Part shown: positions 60,297 to 64,000 of the stretch, one piece after another
Layout of the letters: every line of letters starts with the position of its first letter
How positions within the stretch are numbered: the stretch's first letter is position 1
Source: Takakia lepidozioides
Lineage: Eukaryota; Plantae; Bryophyta
Assembly (NCBI GenBank): GCA_030704615.1
Contig: CM060734.1
Span: forward strand, 23,746,001 to 23,810,000
Length of the DNA: 64,000 bases
Direction: 5' to 3'
Position numbers and translations under genes: made by a program
Notes under the pieces: generated by a model
Told to the model about the DNA's origin: nothing
The model's database searches: none
Seen by the model: only the letters and a program-made list of their open reading frames with translations

Positions 60297-60433
60297 GTTG
60301 GTTCAGCCGGAGCCAAAAGCAAGAGCCCTTTGAGAAGGCAACATATGCTCTCAAGATGGGCGAGTTGAGTGACATTGTGGGGACTGACAGTGGCGCGCAC
60401 ATCATTCTCCGGCTGACCACAACCATCCTTTAG
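60297..60433 (+). pseudogene. Orphan last exon of a PIN1-type parvulin peptidyl-prolyl isomerase
   Basis: After the acceptor ...taacag the sequence reads (G)[38 protein letters not shown], matching the parvulin C-terminus. No upstream exon was recognised. Confidence 0.8.
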
Positions 60434-62490
60434 TGTTCTTTCCTACATATGCGAGTGCTGGAAAATCCAGCTCCTGGATGGTCTAGTGTATGGTGAGAAT
60501 GTGTGATCTCCCTAGTATTGGTAGTTTTGTGCCTAGCTGGGATAACACATGGGATCAAAATGCTCAACAAGGCTTGATTGACCTTGTTACTTTGCTCTAG
60601 GACTACAGCCAGGGAAGTCCCGTGGTCAGCTCAACTGGTATGCGGCCTGTAAGGCTGTTCTTGTACAGTTCCCTGTCCATATCAATTTCAACAATCATAA
60701 GCACATCCTTCTTTTCATCCTCCTCCTACCTCTCTTTTCGGAGAGGGGAAGCACGACAAAGCCGTGGCAGAGTATGTGAATGTGAGTGTGAATGTCAATG
60801 CACTCACTGAATTGCGACCGAGCTGCGGTCGCCGGTGACTTGCTCGCGCCCGCCCCGCGCTCCCTGCTGTGCAGTCAACCACCCCATGAACACACAAACA
60901 ACCAAAAACAAAAACAAGAAACAAGAAAGAACAAGAACAGAAGGAGATGGATTGAGAGAGATGAGCTCCCAGTGGTTTTGCAAGCGCATTCCAAAAGCAT
61001 GCAAGTGACAAGAAGGCATTTTCCTAGAGAGGGACAGTTCAGCGCTCAACTGCAGTCCTTGTCCTTCCATAGTGCTTTCTTCACAGTGTGAGAGAGAGTT
61101 CAGCCGATGTAGTCTTGTTCTTAAGCTCGTATTCTGCTGTCTAGCTTAAGTCTTGTATTGCAAGAGAATAGATATGGCAGATGCTTACGATTCACATAAA
61201 CATCTGTGATTTCCCAATGTCCGAAGGAGAGAAATCAAAGACGCCGATTCTGACAGACACTGCTGGCTTGATTTTTCTGTCGGAAGATGGAGGCTCATTC
61301 CCACACTATTTCTTGAAGGTACCAAGTGAACTTGACTAACACTGCTGCATCACCCCGACAATAAGACCGTGACCAGTTGGTCGCCAAGTATCATATTGAC
61401 GGACATCTGGACGCACTTTTCCTATCCTGGCCTCGACGCTGTAAAGATGATGATGAACCGAACCTGGCTCATAGGAAACTGTAAGCTTCGTAGTCCTGAC
61501 CTCTGTCGTCTTCAAATTATCGAGGTTCCTACAAAACAAGACTGCGCACTAGATTGCTTACTTATCTTCTCACGAGGTCTAATGCAGATTTATGCAGAAA
61601 TTGAACAGTCGTGGCTAGCTTTGTACAAGGGAACTATAAAAGCCGAGAATTTCCTTTCCAGAACTGAGTAGGTCACCTTTAGAAGCAACTTCAGTGGACT
61701 CTGCTAGAAGAAGTTGAAGGTCGATTTACTGCCACTCAGATCAGACTCCTTAAAAGGCTTCAAATGTGATGACAGTAGTGCATACATGTCTATGTACATA
61801 ATGATTGTGGTCCTTTAAGCCGCGTCCTCAACGAATTCTTCCTGACTAGACGATCTGTAACTTTCCAGCTAGAATGTGCTAAAGTCTAAGAGCGCTATAA
61901 TATATGCTGGCCACTCCAATGTGCAGCCTGGGCTTAATTGCTCAAAGCTTGCAATTACAAATTTAGTGGTGAGAGAGTTCGGGCCATTCCGCTAAATCTT
62001 CTACAGCGGAGTGACTGAATTGAGCAGTCGAATATATTCTTCCCCATTCAAATAAAGAGCACCGCTCTTGAGCAACTCTTATCTAATGCAGACTTAAATT
62101 ATGTGTGCCACCTCAAAGTTTCCTTCAAGCCTTGCCATGGGATTGAATCAGTCCTCCTTCCAAAACCTTCTCAGATCCCTCTACACCATGGCTTTGTTGT
62201 TAATTTCATAGAGCCCTTCGACACGGACCTGACACTGACACTGACAAGAAGAGACTGCATCAATTGGGGCCTTTACTTGATGATCCGCGTTACCTTTGAA
62301 TGACAGTTTAAAGAAGAATGAAAAGCCCTCATGGCAGAGCATGCACTATCTGAAAACGTTCGCTATATCTCTCGATTAAGTCCTGAATAAATGGGTTCAA
62401 GTTCTAATATGTTGTTCTCCTTGCATGTAACTCAGAAAGAACTGTTGTCAGTAAATTCCAGAGCTACGATTGCCAAAAACCTGTAGTCGA

Positions 62491-63978
62491 TCAAGTCTCA
62501 GAAGTCGGTGTTGAGAGAGGACACTGGCGAATGGACACAAGACAAAGCTTCTGCTTGAAGAGCTGCTGCTGAAGGATCTCTGACAGGATCAGAGGACTTG
62601 TTGCTGGCCTCAAAGGCAAGGCTGCACAAGATTGAGAGGGATCACCCGCAACCGCAGTCATCCTTCTTTGCAGGCCTTCTTTGCAAAGCTCAGTATGTCC
62701 CTTGGGCCGCAGATCGGACGCTGTAGGAAGTGAAGGGGTCACTCCCATATCGCCTAAAGACTCAAGGAGCTGCACCTGCAATTGAAGGAACTTGACGTAA
62801 TCAATAGCCTCGTCCAACATGGTGGCAGTATCCATTTTGTTACCACCAGGAATGAGCTTCTCTAAAACTCTGACACGCTCACTGATCTTCTTCCTTCTAT
62901 GCCGAGCTGCTACACTTTGTGGTTCAATGGAGGTTGGGGCGACCTTACGACTTGATTTTCCCTCTTCCGTGGTCTCCAATCTTTTTGGAGATGCTCCGGA
63001 AACAAGCTTGTGAACTGAAAGCTGGTCCTGAGAAGGGAGCTGGCGGCTTGGACTTTTGATCGCCTTCCACAATCCTGGTCTAGAAACAGGGGAAATTGAT
63101 AAATCAAGCTGTCGATTTTTGTTCGACGGCGCAAGAAAATCTTGTAGCTGTTGGTCAGCTGTAACTACATCAGGCCTGTGCACGTCCCCAACTCTATAGC
63201 AGCTCCTCTGCCTTTTTAATGAAGGGACGATGGTGCTTGTTGAGCACGCTGGCTGCATATCCAAGGAGTTTCCCTGCGTCGATATATGACCTGTGAGTAG
63301 AGCGGTGGCATCAGCTTCAGCTGCTGCAGAATCGTTCATCCAAGAACCATGAAATGGCACCAAAGTATCATGATGCAAGGTGTACAAAATTTCATAATGC
63401 ACACTGCAGCCTTGTGATCTGTCTGTAGCTGCTACTACGGCTGACGACTCCACAGTACGATCTGTAACATGAGTAAATTCAGGTGTCACTGTTCCCCAGC
63501 CGTTATTGGAGATGTTGTCACTATCAGAGGAATGGTCTTCCTGCACGCACTCGTCTGAGGTCGTGAGCAAACAAGGGATGGCCTGCGGCACAAAATTTGG
63601 AACAGGAAAACTGTAATGATCTTGAATGTGCGAGTAGAATTGCAGCCACTGGGGTAAGTCATTCATCCCAGGCACCAAATATGGATCTCCAGTGAAGGCG
63701 CCCATCATGTCAAGACCCAGGGCGTTGCAATTTCCTTGGATATGTTGTAAGCCCTGGTGGAAGCTGGTCATCTCGCTGTGCATGTCTGGATCAGCTTTGG
63801 CCCAGGTGTGCACCAGAGTAGGCTCCGTGGTGGACCACGACATAGCAGGAGACGGTCGATTTGCAAGCTGCTGGAACGGCCCCAACGTGTAGGAAACCGC
63901 ATTCAGCGCATTGTCTTCAACAATAAAGGGAACGTGGTGAAACGCCACGCCGTGGTCAGTATTCCTCTCATCCTCCAT
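62491..63978 (-). CDS. BNB: bHLH transcription factor, subfamily VIIIa (BONOBO-like); intronless here, 5' end may extend beyond the window
   Basis: SIEPQSVAARHRRKKISERVRVLEKLIPGGNKMDTATMLDEAIDYVKFLQLQVQLLE. The KLIPGGNK and KFLQxQV residues and the C-terminal LSEILQQQLFKQKLCLV motif fit VIIIa better than HECATE or RSL. First ATG at 63978; the frame is open to the window edge. Confidence 0.8.
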   Translation of the reverse strand: MEDERNTDHGVAFHHVPFIVEDNALNAVSYTLGPFQQLANRPSPAMSWSTTEPTLVHTWAKADPDMHSEMTSFHQGLQHIQGNCNALGLDMMGAFTGDPYLVPGMNDLPQWLQFYSHIQDHYSFPVPNFVPQAIPCLLTTSDECVQEDHSSDSDNISNNGWGTVTPEFTHVTDRTVESSAVVAATDRSQGCSVHYEILYTLHHDTLVPFHGSWMNDSAAAEADATALLTGHISTQGNSLDMQPACSTSTIVPSLKRQRSCYRVGDVHRPDVVTADQQLQDFLAPSNKNRQLDLSISPVSRPGLWKAIKSPSRQLPSQDQLSVHKLVSGASPKRLETTEEGKSSRKVAPTSIEPQSVAARHRRKKISERVRVLEKLIPGGNKMDTATMLDEAIDYVKFLQLQVQLLESLGDMGVTPSLPTASDLRPKGHTELCKEGLQRRMTAVAGDPSQSCAALPLRPATSPLILSEILQQQLFKQKLCLVSIRQCPLSTPTSET

Positions 63979-64000
63979 CGTCGATGTTTCCCAGCTCACC

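Overview
Eukaryotic nuclear DNA from a land plant, probably a non-seed plant given the PLS-PPR style and the TE types; no species can be assigned from sequence alone. The window is mostly transposons and repeats. It holds two apparently intact genes: a 4-exon PLAC8/CNR gene (33448-36687) and a BONOBO-like subfamily VIIIa bHLH gene (62491 to the window edge, minus strand). The headline observation is a decayed Ty3/Gypsy retrotransposon (1-6660) whose polyprotein carries a full set of DNMT3-like C5-cytosine methyltransferase motifs between protease and RT (Gag-PR-DNMT-RT-RH-INT). Its in-frame stops all fit C>T changes at CG/CHG sites, and its integrase runs in frame into PPR motifs. Other content: a tandemly amplified, truncated PPR-DYW pseudogene; 3' fragments of an RLE-type LINE ending in a conserved structured motif; a tRNA-derived SINE family with a clean TSD; a DD35D pogo transposase; nested hAT MITEs; a TA-TSD MITE; a 14-kb duplicated block with a ~3.8-kb-arm inverted repeat; a 500-N gap; a Copia remnant; and orphan PPR and PIN1 gene fragments.
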